DNA of 64,000 nt from a virus (lineage: Duplodnaviria; Caudoviricetes). A model generated the notes under the pieces. It saw nothing but the letters and a program-made list of their open reading frames with translations, ran no database searches and was not told where the DNA came from. Shown piece after piece: positions 54,756-64,000 of the stretch (its first letter is position 1; every line of letters begins with the position of its first letter). Position numbers and translations under genes: made by a program. The stretch spans positions 9,506 to 73,505 of the IMG/VR virus record IMGVR_UViG_3300020036_001974; one strand, 5' to 3'.

Positions 54756-55787
54756 ATGGTAGAAACAAAAGATCCATTGGCTTCATTTATTGAGGCTCAA
54801 GAGGCAGTTGAAAAAAATAGTCCACCAGTCGAGGTAGTCAACAAAGTTGAAACCCCGTCTGAGGTTCAAAAACCAGAAGTAACTCCAGAGGTAAAGCCTG
54901 TGGAAACCAAGGTCGAAATTCCTAAAAAGGAGGAACTTACAGATGATGGATTAATAGATTTAGAAATTCCAGAACCAACGGTAGAGAAACCAGCAGAGTT
55001 CGACTTCTCATCCCTTGTCAAAGACTTAGGGTTTGAAGTTAAAACTAAAGAGGAATTAATATCCAAGGTAAAGGAAGCAGTAACAAAACAATCGGAAGAC
55101 CCCTTTAAAGGGTTGCCCGATAACCTACGAAAGGCGGTTGAGTTTGCAAAGCAGGGAGGCGACTTCTTGCAAATGCTAAAAGTTAGTCAAGTAGATTATT
55201 CTCAGATTGACCCGAGTGTCATTTATGAGAACCATATCTACAGCAGCATCTCCGATAAGGAAAAGGCTAAAGAGTATCTTGAAAGTTTATCTCCCCTTGC
55301 TAAGGAGATAGAAGGTCAGAAGCTGAAGACACAGTACATTCAATGGCAGGAAAGCCAAGAACGTGCAATGAAATCAGAACTCGAAGCTAAAGCCTCTGAG
55401 GAACTGAAAAGAAAGGCCGATAATGAACAAAGAATGCGTGAGACAATCAACAAAGTTGAAGACATCAGCGGATTCAAAGTTAAACCAAGCCAGAAAGAGA
55501 AGTTCTATAAAGATGTTGTTGAGGGGAACTTATCAAAAAAGTTGTTCTTTGACGAGAAGGGAAATTATGATTATAACAAGATGTTTAAGGTAGCTTTCAT
55601 TGCTGAAAACTTTGACGCCATCCAAAAGCATTACAAGGGTAGAATTCAAACAGCTACTAAAAGAGAGATCATAGAACCTTTGACTAATGCAGAATTGCAA
55701 ATCAACTCTGAAAAGCCGGTAACAAATAGTGGTGAAGTTGATCCACTTACCGCTTGGATGAATGCCTCGCGTGGTATAAAGACATAA
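54756..55787 (+). CDS. Capsid scaffolding protein
   Basis: Acidic Pro/Glu-rich N-terminus, coiled coil, directly upstream of MCP. Confidence 0.65.
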   Translation: MVETKDPLASFIEAQEAVEKNSPPVEVVNKVETPSEVQKPEVTPEVKPVETKVEIPKKEELTDDGLIDLEIPEPTVEKPAEFDFSSLVKDLGFEVKTKEELISKVKEAVTKQSEDPFKGLPDNLRKAVEFAKQGGDFLQMLKVSQVDYSQIDPSVIYENHIYSSISDKEKAKEYLESLSPLAKEIEGQKLKTQYIQWQESQERAMKSELEAKASEELKRKADNEQRMRETINKVEDISGFKVKPSQKEKFYKDVVEGNLSKKLFFDEKGNYDYNKMFKVAFIAENFDAIQKHYKGRIQTATKREIIEPLTNAELQINSEKPVTNSGEVDPLTAWMNASRGIKT

Positions 55788-55805
55788 ACTAAACAATAAA
55801 AACAA

Positions 55806-57158
55806 ATGCCAACAGCAGGTATTGGGTACCCCTCAGGTGCCCTCACATCAGGTAACTCAGCAAGATCCTCTATATTAGATGGTTATATCTTTGCATCTGG
55901 TATCAATAAACCAGAACATTCAGCATTTCTAACTGAAAAGTTTGGAAGTGTATACACAATGACTTCGTTGCTCGATAAATTAGGAGCAGCAAAACCAGTA
56001 TATGCAAAAGCATATTCTTGGTCAATTTTAGATCGTACTCGTAGTAATGCTACCATTTCAAGTGGTGACGGTACAGGTGCGACAGTAACCTTAACACTTG
56101 ACGTTGCCGCTGACACATCCAATCTTGGATATTTCTTGGTAGATGATGTGTTGAGAACAGAAACAGGTACAATTGTTAAAGTAACAGCAGTAGGTACAGG
56201 TGGTGGTTTTCAAACTATCACTGTAGCTCGTGTTGATGGTACTAACATTGTAGCCGCTGACTTTGCAGATGGAGAGAAGATCGGTCACCTTTCTACAGCG
56301 TTTGATGAAGGTTCAACTGGCCCTAACGGTCGTTTGTTCCTGCCTTCAGAAGACTATAACTACACACAAATCTTCCGTAGAGCGGTTAAGGTTTCCCGTG
56401 GTGCAGCTTCTTCTAAGTCTTACATCAGCGTAGGTGGAAAAGAGTACTGGTATTTTACCAACGAACAGAAAATGTTCGATGAATTCTTCGCAGATCAGGA
56501 GCGTTCTTTGATGTTCGGTACCCGTACCACATCAGGTAACAAAACCACTTCAGGTGGTATTTATGACAAAGTAGTAACTCAGGCATTGGGTCAGGTAGTT
56601 AACTTTACCACAGCCACAGGTATTACTGAGTCGGATTTCTTCACACTGATCCCTCGCTTGATCCGTCAGGGTTGCTCTAAGAATCTATTGTTGCTTGCAG
56701 GTAGCGAAGCCGCTTCTGATATTCAACAGGCTCTTAGAACTTACACTCTGAATGGTGGAGTAAACTTCGGATCTTTCGGTTCCAATAAAGTTGGTATCGA
56801 CATCCCGGGTTATAGCTTCATGGGTGTGAATATCGCCTTCCAACATTATCCAATGTTCGATGATGAGAAGACTCTTCCTTTTACTTCTACTTCTACTTCA
56901 ACTAAGGTTAACTTCCGTCAGGCAGCCCTTGTGTTGGATTTGGGTGAAGGAGCAGGTGAGCCTAACATCTCTAAGGTTTATCGTGATGGTGATATGGGCG
57001 ATGCTCGTATGATCAAAACTTTGATCCCGGGTATGATTGGTCAGTCTGGTGGAGTTAGCTCTAACAGCTTCGATGGTTGGGAATCACAAGTTCTCGCTGA
57101 ATTAGGATGGAAGGTAAATAACGCCCACAGATCAGGAGCGTTCATCCCGAACGCTTAA
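55806..57158 (+). CDS. Major capsid protein (HK97 fold, with insertion)
   Basis: 450 aa; YNYTQIFRRAVKVSR, E...MFG, TSGG patterns; synteny. Confidence 0.85.
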   Translation: MPTAGIGYPSGALTSGNSARSSILDGYIFASGINKPEHSAFLTEKFGSVYTMTSLLDKLGAAKPVYAKAYSWSILDRTRSNATISSGDGTGATVTLTLDVAADTSNLGYFLVDDVLRTETGTIVKVTAVGTGGGFQTITVARVDGTNIVAADFADGEKIGHLSTAFDEGSTGPNGRLFLPSEDYNYTQIFRRAVKVSRGAASSKSYISVGGKEYWYFTNEQKMFDEFFADQERSLMFGTRTTSGNKTTSGGIYDKVVTQALGQVVNFTTATGITESDFFTLIPRLIRQGCSKNLLLLAGSEAASDIQQALRTYTLNGGVNFGSFGSNKVGIDIPGYSFMGVNIAFQHYPMFDDEKTLPFTSTSTSTKVNFRQAALVLDLGEGAGEPNISKVYRDGDMGDARMIKTLIPGMIGQSGGVSSNSFDGWESQVLAELGWKVNNAHRSGAFIPNA

Positions 57159-57161
57159 CTT

Positions 57162-57177
57162 TGGCACGATTTTTGCT
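57162..57177 (+). promoter_or_regulatory. Sigma54-type promoter upstream of the second HNH gene
   Basis: TGGCAC-GATTT-TTGCT. Confidence 0.7.
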
Positions 57178-57206
57178 GTGGGTAGGTAGTAAAATACTTA
57201 CCCACT

Positions 57207-57983
57207 ATGCAAGAATCATTAGAAAACTGGAGAGAAGTTGTAAATTTCTCTGATTATGAAGTTAGTAGTTTAGGAAATGTTAGAAAAAAGGTAGTAAGAT
57301 CAAAGGTTCCGGGGTTATTTAAAGGTGGTGGATTTATTTGTGGTGGAGTTGATGGAGGTGGATATATAAAGGTAAGATTGTGGAGCAAAGTCCATAAAAA
57401 TGGAATATCTACAGGAATACATAGACTCGTTGCAGAGGCATTTATACCAAATCCAGACAATAAAGAGATGGTCAATCATAAAAACTCAATACGAAATGAT
57501 AATCGGGTTGAGAATTTAGAGTGGGCCACACCAAGAGAGAATATTCTCCACTGTATATCTCAGGGAAATCATAAGCCAAGACAAGGTGAAAGTTCGCATT
57601 TTGCAACCTTAACTGAAGTAGAGGTAAATGAAATAAGAAATTTATATTTGAACTACACTTCTATTTATGATATTTCTAAACATTACAATGTTACACCAAG
57701 TGCTGTAAGTGGGATAATAAAATATAAAACATGGAAGCACCTTGGAAACAAAAATGAGTATTTAAATAAAACACTATTTATAAGTTCCTCAATAAGATCT
57801 AAAAAACAATCAACCTCTTTAAAACACAATACCCGTAAATTATCTATTGATGATATAAAGGAAATAAGGAGGATTTGGTCAGAAGATCAACCCATGACAA
57901 GAACTAAGATTGCTAAAAAATATGAAGTGGGAGTTGGGACAATTAGTGATATTATTTATAGAAAAACCCACAGATTTATATAA
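57207..57983 (+). CDS. NUMOD4-HNH homing endonuclease with C-terminal HTH repeats
   Basis: YEVSSLGNVR; IHRLVAEAFIPNP...VNHKNSIRNDNRVENLEW. Confidence 0.9.
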   Translation: MQESLENWREVVNFSDYEVSSLGNVRKKVVRSKVPGLFKGGGFICGGVDGGGYIKVRLWSKVHKNGISTGIHRLVAEAFIPNPDNKEMVNHKNSIRNDNRVENLEWATPRENILHCISQGNHKPRQGESSHFATLTEVEVNEIRNLYLNYTSIYDISKHYNVTPSAVSGIIKYKTWKHLGNKNEYLNKTLFISSSIRSKKQSTSLKHNTRKLSIDDIKEIRRIWSEDQPMTRTKIAKKYEVGVGTISDIIYRKTHRFI

Positions 57984-58004
57984 CAAAATTTAAACTTTAT
58001 TTTT

Positions 58005-58712
58005 ATGTTTGATTACAAAACAAATGATTATTTTGCTTTAATTAATCCCATCCCCGGTGGATGGTCATTTACAAGCTACACCTTTGAGGGTGAAACGTAC
58101 AGGGCGATTAACGGATTTAACAGAGATGGAGTTGCTCGTAACTTCGTAGTGTTTTTCGGAGATCGTGAGAGAGTCTTCACATGTCCTAAAAAGAAGTTGA
58201 TTGATGTTATTGTTAATAACAACGTCAACAATCTAAGGCAAATGAAACTTTCCGAGTATCTTGAGAAATCAGGATATTGCACTGGAGCAAATTGCACTTC
58301 TGCTATCTTTAAAAAGATTGACGAAGTTAAAGATGCTAAAGAGATGGTGGATGTAAAAACCTTCCGTATCGAACAAGAGGCATTAGCAGTAGGACTCAAA
58401 GGAGAGGAGCTAAAAGAGATGGCTAATTTACTTGGAGAATTCTCGGATGATAAGAACTTGCAGAAAAGAGCAGTGCTTGAATTTGCAGGTAAGCAACCAG
58501 ATGACTTCAAAAGGATTTACGAAGATCCATCAAGAACCATGAAATCAACAATCCAAAAAGCCATCAAGATGGGTATCTTGAAGCAAAAAGGAAAAGTTGT
58601 AACATGGGATAAAGATGTGATCGGAAGTGGTGAGGAGCAGTGGGTTGATTACTTCACTAAAGAGAAGGAAAAATTCGCAATCCTCAAAGAGACGGTTAGA
58701 GCCTTTAAATAA
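58005..58712 (+). CDS. Conserved hypothetical protein (head-associated?)
   Basis: 235 aa following MCP/HNH. Confidence 0.55.
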   Translation: MFDYKTNDYFALINPIPGGWSFTSYTFEGETYRAINGFNRDGVARNFVVFFGDRERVFTCPKKKLIDVIVNNNVNNLRQMKLSEYLEKSGYCTGANCTSAIFKKIDEVKDAKEMVDVKTFRIEQEALAVGLKGEELKEMANLLGEFSDDKNLQKRAVLEFAGKQPDDFKRIYEDPSRTMKSTIQKAIKMGILKQKGKVVTWDKDVIGSGEEQWVDYFTKEKEKFAILKETVRAFK

Positions 58713-58722
58713 AAAGAAAGTA

Positions 58723-58745
58723 CCCTCCTTCGGGAGGGGCTTTTT
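58723..58745 (+). terminator. Intrinsic terminator with UUCG loop
   Basis: CCCTCC-TTCG-GGAGGG-GC-TTTTT. Confidence 0.85.
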
Positions 58746-58750
58746 AACTT

Positions 58751-59284
58751 ATGAAATACGAACGTCACCAGATCATAAAGCGTATTAGAGATTTAGGGTT
58801 CAAGGACTCTCAGTTTATGATCGTAGGTATCAGGAGTAACGCTGATAAACCTAATGAGTTTGACGATAAAGTATATTTAGTTACAAGAAATAAGTTCTTA
58901 TCTTTCGATGCTACTACAAATCCGGGAACCTCATGGCTTTTAAAGTTCATGAATCAAAAAGGAGCAGCGTTGCTGAAGCCCGGGTTATATAAATATAAAT
59001 TAGGAACTCATAAAACCTACGAGGCTCTGGTTCAAGCAGGACCAGTCACAGTCTATCGTGATAGCGATAAAGACTTAAAATCAGAAGAAACTTTAATAGA
59101 AGATACTGGATATTTTGGTATCAACATCCACAGGGCTAATGAAACTGTAACTTCTAAGTTGATCAATCTATGGTCAGCAGGATGTACAGTAATAGCCAAT
59201 CCAGCAGATTTTAAACTTTTAATTGACGAATGCAAAGCCTCTGGCTTAAAAGTTTTTGATTATATACTACTAAAGGAATGGTAA
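58751..59284 (+). CDS. Putative endolysin (YkuD/L,D-peptidase-like His...Cys)
   Basis: GINIHRA...WSAGC; adjacent holin-like gene. Confidence 0.6.
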   Translation: MKYERHQIIKRIRDLGFKDSQFMIVGIRSNADKPNEFDDKVYLVTRNKFLSFDATTNPGTSWLLKFMNQKGAALLKPGLYKYKLGTHKTYEALVQAGPVTVYRDSDKDLKSEETLIEDTGYFGINIHRANETVTSKLINLWSAGCTVIANPADFKLLIDECKASGLKVFDYILLKEW

Positions 59285-59502
59285 ACCCACTAAAGAAATT
59301 CAGCTTCTGGCAAAAAGTCAAAGCTATCTGTTTGTCACTTGGAGTAGGAGGGGAAATAGCCCTTTACTCAGAAGGTGCTGATGGAAAATGGAAAGCTGCT
59401 GTATTGGTAGCAACTGTGCTTGGTATCCTCATTACTAACATTATCGAGGATAAAAACAACAACGACATAATTGATATTTTAGAAAATAAACCAAAAGACT
59501 AA
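59278..59502 (+). CDS. Putative holin
   Basis: 74 aa, two hydrophobic segments, charged C-tail. Confidence 0.55.
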   Translation: MVNPLKKFSFWQKVKAICLSLGVGGEIALYSEGADGKWKAAVLVATVLGILITNIIEDKNNNDIIDILENKPKD

Positions 59503-60188
59503 TGGCTCTAACGGTAACTCTTGACTATACATCAGAAACAATTAGCGGTGAGGCATACTCTGGAGTGATCACGGACGAGACTACGTATGGAGGTGCAAAC
59601 CCCGATAGAGCAGATGTAGTTACATATATTACTGGTGAAAAGATCGACCAATATGGTGAAGTAGAATCGGATGTAACCTTCAGTACAGTAGATCCAGAAG
59701 TAGACACTACTTATACATTTGAAATTAATTCAGATGGTTATTATAAGTTTAAATTTGCAATAATTCCTGAATACGATAACGCAGTAAACTATGACCAATA
59801 CGATGTAGTTTATAGTGGTGGTATTGTATATCAGGCTTACGCAGAAACTCCATCAGCAGGTATTGCTCCTCCTAATACTTCTTATTGGGAAGTAGTATCA
59901 GAACCAACATCTTTACTTGATGAAATAGGTTCTTCTACAGAATCAGGTAACTTGGAATACGAGTTATACGAACGTATTATCTATCCTTTTAGTAAGAAGG
60001 GGTATGGTGATTCTGCTGAACAAGCTGCACTTGAGTGTTGCTCTGATTGTGAAAGAGGAGAGGATGTTAAAACTCACGAAATGCTTGCTGTACTTGTTAG
60101 AGGTATGAATGCTGCCGATACAAGAAGTAAATTTTTACGTGGTGAGAAGATGGCCAGAAAGGCCCAAGAATTAATTGAATCTATATAA
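59502..60188 (+). CDS. Head-tail ring/adaptor-type structural protein
   Basis: Acidic, YDQYDVVYSGG..Y.A..WE motif, CCSDC. Confidence 0.5.
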   Translation: MALTVTLDYTSETISGEAYSGVITDETTYGGANPDRADVVTYITGEKIDQYGEVESDVTFSTVDPEVDTTYTFEINSDGYYKFKFAIIPEYDNAVNYDQYDVVYSGGIVYQAYAETPSAGIAPPNTSYWEVVSEPTSLLDEIGSSTESGNLEYELYERIIYPFSKKGYGDSAEQAALECCSDCERGEDVKTHEMLAVLVRGMNAADTRSKFLRGEKMARKAQELIESI

Positions 60189-61739
60189 ATGCTAAATCCC
60201 AATTGGCAGTCAATAGAATATCAATCGGAGGAAGTATTAATGAATTTGGCCGAGAAGATCGCTGACTCTCGGAATACCAAACGAATTAAAAAATACCTCG
60301 ATCAATCTGCTGCAATTCTATATTACTTAGAAGCTGTTGCTTATAAAGACTACTTAGAGGACTCTCAGGTAAATAATATTTATCAATGCCTTATAGAGGT
60401 ATCTGGTATTTATGATTTTCCTGTTACACCTAATCAACCATCTCTTACAGTACCATCAAACGGGACTACTATAATCATCCAAGGGACCCCGGGAGAACGT
60501 GGTGCAGATGGTGGTGCTACCGATTTTGCAGTAGTAGGTGCAGCATCGAGTCAGGTTGTTGACAGTTTTGCAGTAGGATTAGCCTACGCAGCCCGGTGGG
60601 ATTATATCGTAAACTCCACAGCCCAAAGAGCAGGGACAATCATAGCAACTTGGACAGAAGACGGAGCATCTATCGACTTATCAGATACAAGTTCACCAGA
60701 TGTTAACGGTAGTACTTCTGGAATAGAATTCTCAGTATCATATTTAGGAGGTTTAATAAGATTAGTTGCAGATATAACAAGCGGAACTTGGGATATATCT
60801 GGTTCTCGTTATTTCATTCCAAATCAAGGTTCTGGTGTTAATGTATCTTCAACACCACTTGCAGAAGGTAAAATATTCATAGGAGACGTCAACGATCTCC
60901 CATCAGCACAAACAGTATCGGGAGACGTTACTATTAATACATCAGGAGTAACGGCTATTTCATCTGCTGTAATTGTAAACGCAGACATAAACGGATCGGC
61001 AGCAATTGCTGTATCAAAACTTGCGGCATTACCCGATAATTCCTCGGCAGTTGTAACAGACGGAAGTGGTAAACTAACCACAGTAACCGGTGTATCTGCA
61101 ACTGAAGTAGGCTACTTATCAGGAGTAACTTCAGATATACAAACACAATTAGACTCTAAACTAAGCGGAGCCACAGGAGCCATCTCCACAGTAACAGCAG
61201 TTGACCTAACTGTTGACAGGGCTGTTATATCCTCACCAACTGGTAAGATAGCTGTAAGCGGAACAAGTGCTACTGAACTTGGGTATGTAAGTGGAGTAAC
61301 ATCAGCAATTCAGACTCAACTAAATTCAAAAGTATCAGATACAGGTGATACCATGACAGGTGCGCTTATCAATACATCTACCATAGAAGCCCAAGGAGGT
61401 ATTAGAACAGCAGCTTCTGGTTCATATCTTAAAACAATTGTGGTAGAAATCGACACTTGGGATATGACCTCTGGTACTAAAAACGTAGCGCATGGAATTG
61501 CAGATTATCAGAAAATAAGATCTGTAAGTGTAATAATCAGAAATGATGCTGAAAATCAATTAGTAGATCTTATTACTAATGGTTACGGAGGATCTGAATC
61601 ATCTGCCGGAATTGGTGGATATTTTGTAGTACAATCAACCAATGTTGTCTTATTCGCAGGAACCGGATGTTTTAATACATCATTATTTAATGATGGAACT
61701 ATTAACAGAGGGTGGATAACTATAACTTATGAAGTATAA
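60189..61739 (+). CDS. Tail fibre/fibre-attachment protein
   Basis: Short GxxG collagen-like stretch; repeated TELGYxSGVTSxIQTQLxSK. Confidence 0.65.
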   Translation: MLNPNWQSIEYQSEEVLMNLAEKIADSRNTKRIKKYLDQSAAILYYLEAVAYKDYLEDSQVNNIYQCLIEVSGIYDFPVTPNQPSLTVPSNGTTIIIQGTPGERGADGGATDFAVVGAASSQVVDSFAVGLAYAARWDYIVNSTAQRAGTIIATWTEDGASIDLSDTSSPDVNGSTSGIEFSVSYLGGLIRLVADITSGTWDISGSRYFIPNQGSGVNVSSTPLAEGKIFIGDVNDLPSAQTVSGDVTINTSGVTAISSAVIVNADINGSAAIAVSKLAALPDNSSAVVTDGSGKLTTVTGVSATEVGYLSGVTSDIQTQLDSKLSGATGAISTVTAVDLTVDRAVISSPTGKIAVSGTSATELGYVSGVTSAIQTQLNSKVSDTGDTMTGALINTSTIEAQGGIRTAASGSYLKTIVVEIDTWDMTSGTKNVAHGIADYQKIRSVSVIIRNDAENQLVDLITNGYGGSESSAGIGGYFVVQSTNVVLFAGTGCFNTSLFNDGTINRGWITITYEV

Positions 61740-62104
61740 TGGAGAGCGTTTCTTATCAGACCTTTATAACAACCATATCATCGGTGATAGGCTTCTTTTC
61801 AATTATAGGGGCTTATTTATTTATGAAAATAGCAAGTCAAAATGAAAAAATATCTTCAATTACGACTGCTCAAACTACTGGTTCAAGAGACGAGGAGAGA
61901 TTATTCGAGAGATTGAATGGAATGGAGGATAGTATAAAGAAAGTAGACGATAAGGCCACAAGAGACAGCAGAGCGTTCACTGAAATACTAGGTGAATTTA
62001 ATGTTACTCTTACAAGAATGGATACTACTCTCCGTCACATTGATGAGACAATGAAAGAACACAAGATCAAGTTAACAGAACACGACCAAAAACTTAATAA
62101 ATGA
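61739..62104 (+). CDS. TM plus coiled-coil protein (lysis accessory?)
   Basis: One TM segment, heptad-rich C-half. Confidence 0.45.
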   Translation: MESVSYQTFITTISSVIGFFSIIGAYLFMKIASQNEKISSITTAQTTGSRDEERLFERLNGMEDSIKKVDDKATRDSRAFTEILGEFNVTLTRMDTTLRHIDETMKEHKIKLTEHDQKLNK

Positions 62105-64000
62105 GTAAGACTGTAATAAGAGGAGGTGCTCAGATTATCGGATCTTTACCATCTGGTACTGGTGATAATCTATTGACCACAGACGGAACCTCTTTAGGGT
62201 CTATTTCTCCTATAGATACTTCTACGTTTGTTTCTAAGACATTGACTAGTGGTCAGATTATAGTAGGCAACGGTTCAAACGTTGCAACTGCTGTAGCAAT
62301 GACAGGAGATGGTAGTATTTCCAATGCTGGTGTTTTTGCAATAGGAACTGGTGTTATTGTAAATGCAGATGTAAATGCTTCTGCCGCAATTGCTCTTAGT
62401 AAACTAGCAGCAACCACTGCTTCTCGTTTATTGGTTTCTGATGGTTCTGGTGTAATAACCCCATCTGCTGTAACATCTACAGAGGCTGGTTATTTATCAG
62501 GGGTAACCTCGGCTATTCAGACACAACTCGATAGTAAGGTAACAAATAGTTTTACAGCATCTAGGGCTTTAATTTCAAATGGTTCTGGTAATGTTGCTGT
62601 AAGCTCGGTGACATCTACAGAACTTGGTTATCTATCAGGGGTTACTTCTGCTATTCAAACTCAATTGAATACAAAACTAGCAGCTAGTATAACAGGGGCT
62701 GCTCAGGGGGATATTATATATTACAATGGTAGTGCTTGGGTTAACCTAGCAAAAGGAACAACTGGACAAGTATTACAATCTACAGCAGGTTCTATTCAAT
62801 GGGCATCTGGTGCTTCAAATGGTCAACCAACAGGGGGTACTGTTGGTCAGTATCTTAGAAAGTCAAGTTCAACAGATTATGACTCTGCTTGGGATACTTT
62901 TACTATATCAGATGTTACTGATATATCAGCGTCTGCTGCTGAATTAAACTTACTAGATGGTGTTACAACAACTACTACTCAGTTAAACTTTTTAAATACA
63001 ACCACAGGAGACGTACAGGCTCAGTTAGATGCTAAGTTAGGATTATCCCTTACTCAGAACTATATGTTTGTGGGTAATGCCTCAAATGTAATATCAACAC
63101 TTGCACCCGGAACCAATGGTTACGTTTTAACTTCTGTTTCAGGTGTTCCTACATGGGTCAGTCCGGGAACAGGTGGTACTGTTACTTCAGTAGGAGCTTC
63201 TGGAGGAACAACAGGTATGTCGTTCACAGGATCTCCTATCACAACAAGCGGAACGTTAACGCTTACAGGAACACTCGCTATTGCCAACGGAGGCACAGGT
63301 TTAACAGCATTAGGTACAGCGGGGCAGTTAATAAAAGTTAATGCAGGCGCAACAGCATTAGAGTACTTTACTCCTGCTTATTGGGCACTTACAGGATCAT
63401 CTACCCTTACAGGAAATGTTAATATACTTGGAACAGGGACTTATAATTTAAGTCTTGGTACTATCGGGAGTAAGATAAATGATTTCCTTGTTACTGCCGA
63501 CAATAGTCTAAGTCTTAACTCTGACTCAGTACTTGACATAAATGCAACTGGTAATTTAGGAGTGTATTCAGGTGCAGTACTTGGATTAGGAGGTGTCACA
63601 AGTGTTGATTTCTTGACATCGTTAATTAATGTTAATAGCGATGCCATAATTTTTACTCCTTATATTGGAAGTAGTGTTGATATTACTTTTGCTACTGATA
63701 GCCAAGTTACAGGAGGTAGTCCACTAACATTCAGAGATGGTAAACTTGCTTTACGAAATGTAGCTAACACATTTAGCGGCTTCTTTACGAATACAGTAAC
63801 AGCCAATAGAACCTATACTCTTCCTAATGCTTCAGGAACGGTAGCTCTTACTTCTGATATAGTAACCTATACATCGTCTAATGGTATAACAAAAACTGGT
63901 AATAATTTTACTTTAGGTGGTAGTCTTACTTCGCCAGTTTCTATAACAGGAACACAGGCATTTTCTTTAGGTGGTTTCTTAAATTATTTAACTCAGTTCA
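62101..64000 (+). CDS. Long tail fibre protein, runs off the window end (not in ORF track)
   Basis: MSKTVIRGGAQ... open in all segments translated; SGVTSAIQTQL repeats; ANRTYTLPNASGTVALTSD. Confidence 0.8.
   Translation, partial: MSKTVIRGGAQIIGSLPSGTGDNLLTTDGTSLGSISPIDTSTFVSKTLTSGQIIVGNGSNVATAVAMTGDGSISNAGVFAIGTGVIVNADVNASAAIALSKLAATTASRLLVSDGSGVITPSAVTSTEAGYLSGVTSAIQTQLDSKVTNSFTASRALISNGSGNVAVSSVTSTELGYLSGVTSAIQTQLNTKLAASITGAAQGDIIYYNGSAWVNLAKGTTGQVLQSTAGSIQWASGASNGQPTGGTVGQYLRKSSSTDYDSAWDTFTISDVTDISASAAELNLLDGVTTTTTQLNFLNTTTGDVQAQLDAKLGLSLTQNYMFVGNASNVISTLAPGTNGYVLTSVSGVPTWVSPGTGGTVTSVGASGGTTGMSFTGSPITTSGTLTLTGTLAIANGGTGLTALGTAGQLIKVNAGATALEYFTPAYWALTGSSTLTGNVNILGTGTYNLSLGTIGSKINDFLVTADNSLSLNSDSVLDINATGNLGVYSGAVLGLGGVTSVDFLTSLINVNSDAIIFTPYIGSSVDITFATDSQVTGGSPLTFRDGKLALRNVANTFSGFFTNTVTANRTYTLPNASGTVALTSDIVTYTSSNGITKTGNNFTLGGSLTSPVSITGTQAFSLGGFLNYLTQF

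Noticed and set aside
1-64000. Genome-wide stop-codon reassignment, suggested by the release factor and its internal TGA
   Set aside because: Long genes are intact under code 11, and TGA, TAG and TAA all end genes at tight overlaps.

Overview
A 64 kb slice of an AT-rich lytic dsDNA phage with a Crassvirales-like podovirus morphogenesis module; a Bacteroidota host is inferred, not proven. The + strand at 27-12896 carries a tail muzzle/stabilization protein, four putative ejection proteins and a spanin-like gene. The - strand operons at 12872-32445 and 35024-43274 carry PolB, intein-split DnaB, primase, SSB-like genes, a Cas4-like exonuclease, a MoxR-type AAA+/vWA pair, a release-factor homolog, two tRNAs and dozens of small genes. 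The + strand from 43663 to the window end carries an ECF-like sigma factor, intein-split terminase, portal, scaffold, major capsid, lysis and tail-fibre genes. Three observations stand out. (1) About 40 small, otherwise divergent proteins all end in the same peptide tag, F-x-x-Y-[LIMV]-x-x-[LCI], and are mostly chained by overlapping stop/start codons. (2) Sigma54-type TGGCAC-N5-TTG(C/T) promoters sit in front of late genes, both free-standing HNH genes, the phage sigma factor and the tRNAs. (3) An RF1-like release-factor gene is interrupted by an in-frame UGA. All annotation is by motif reading only; no database searches were run.
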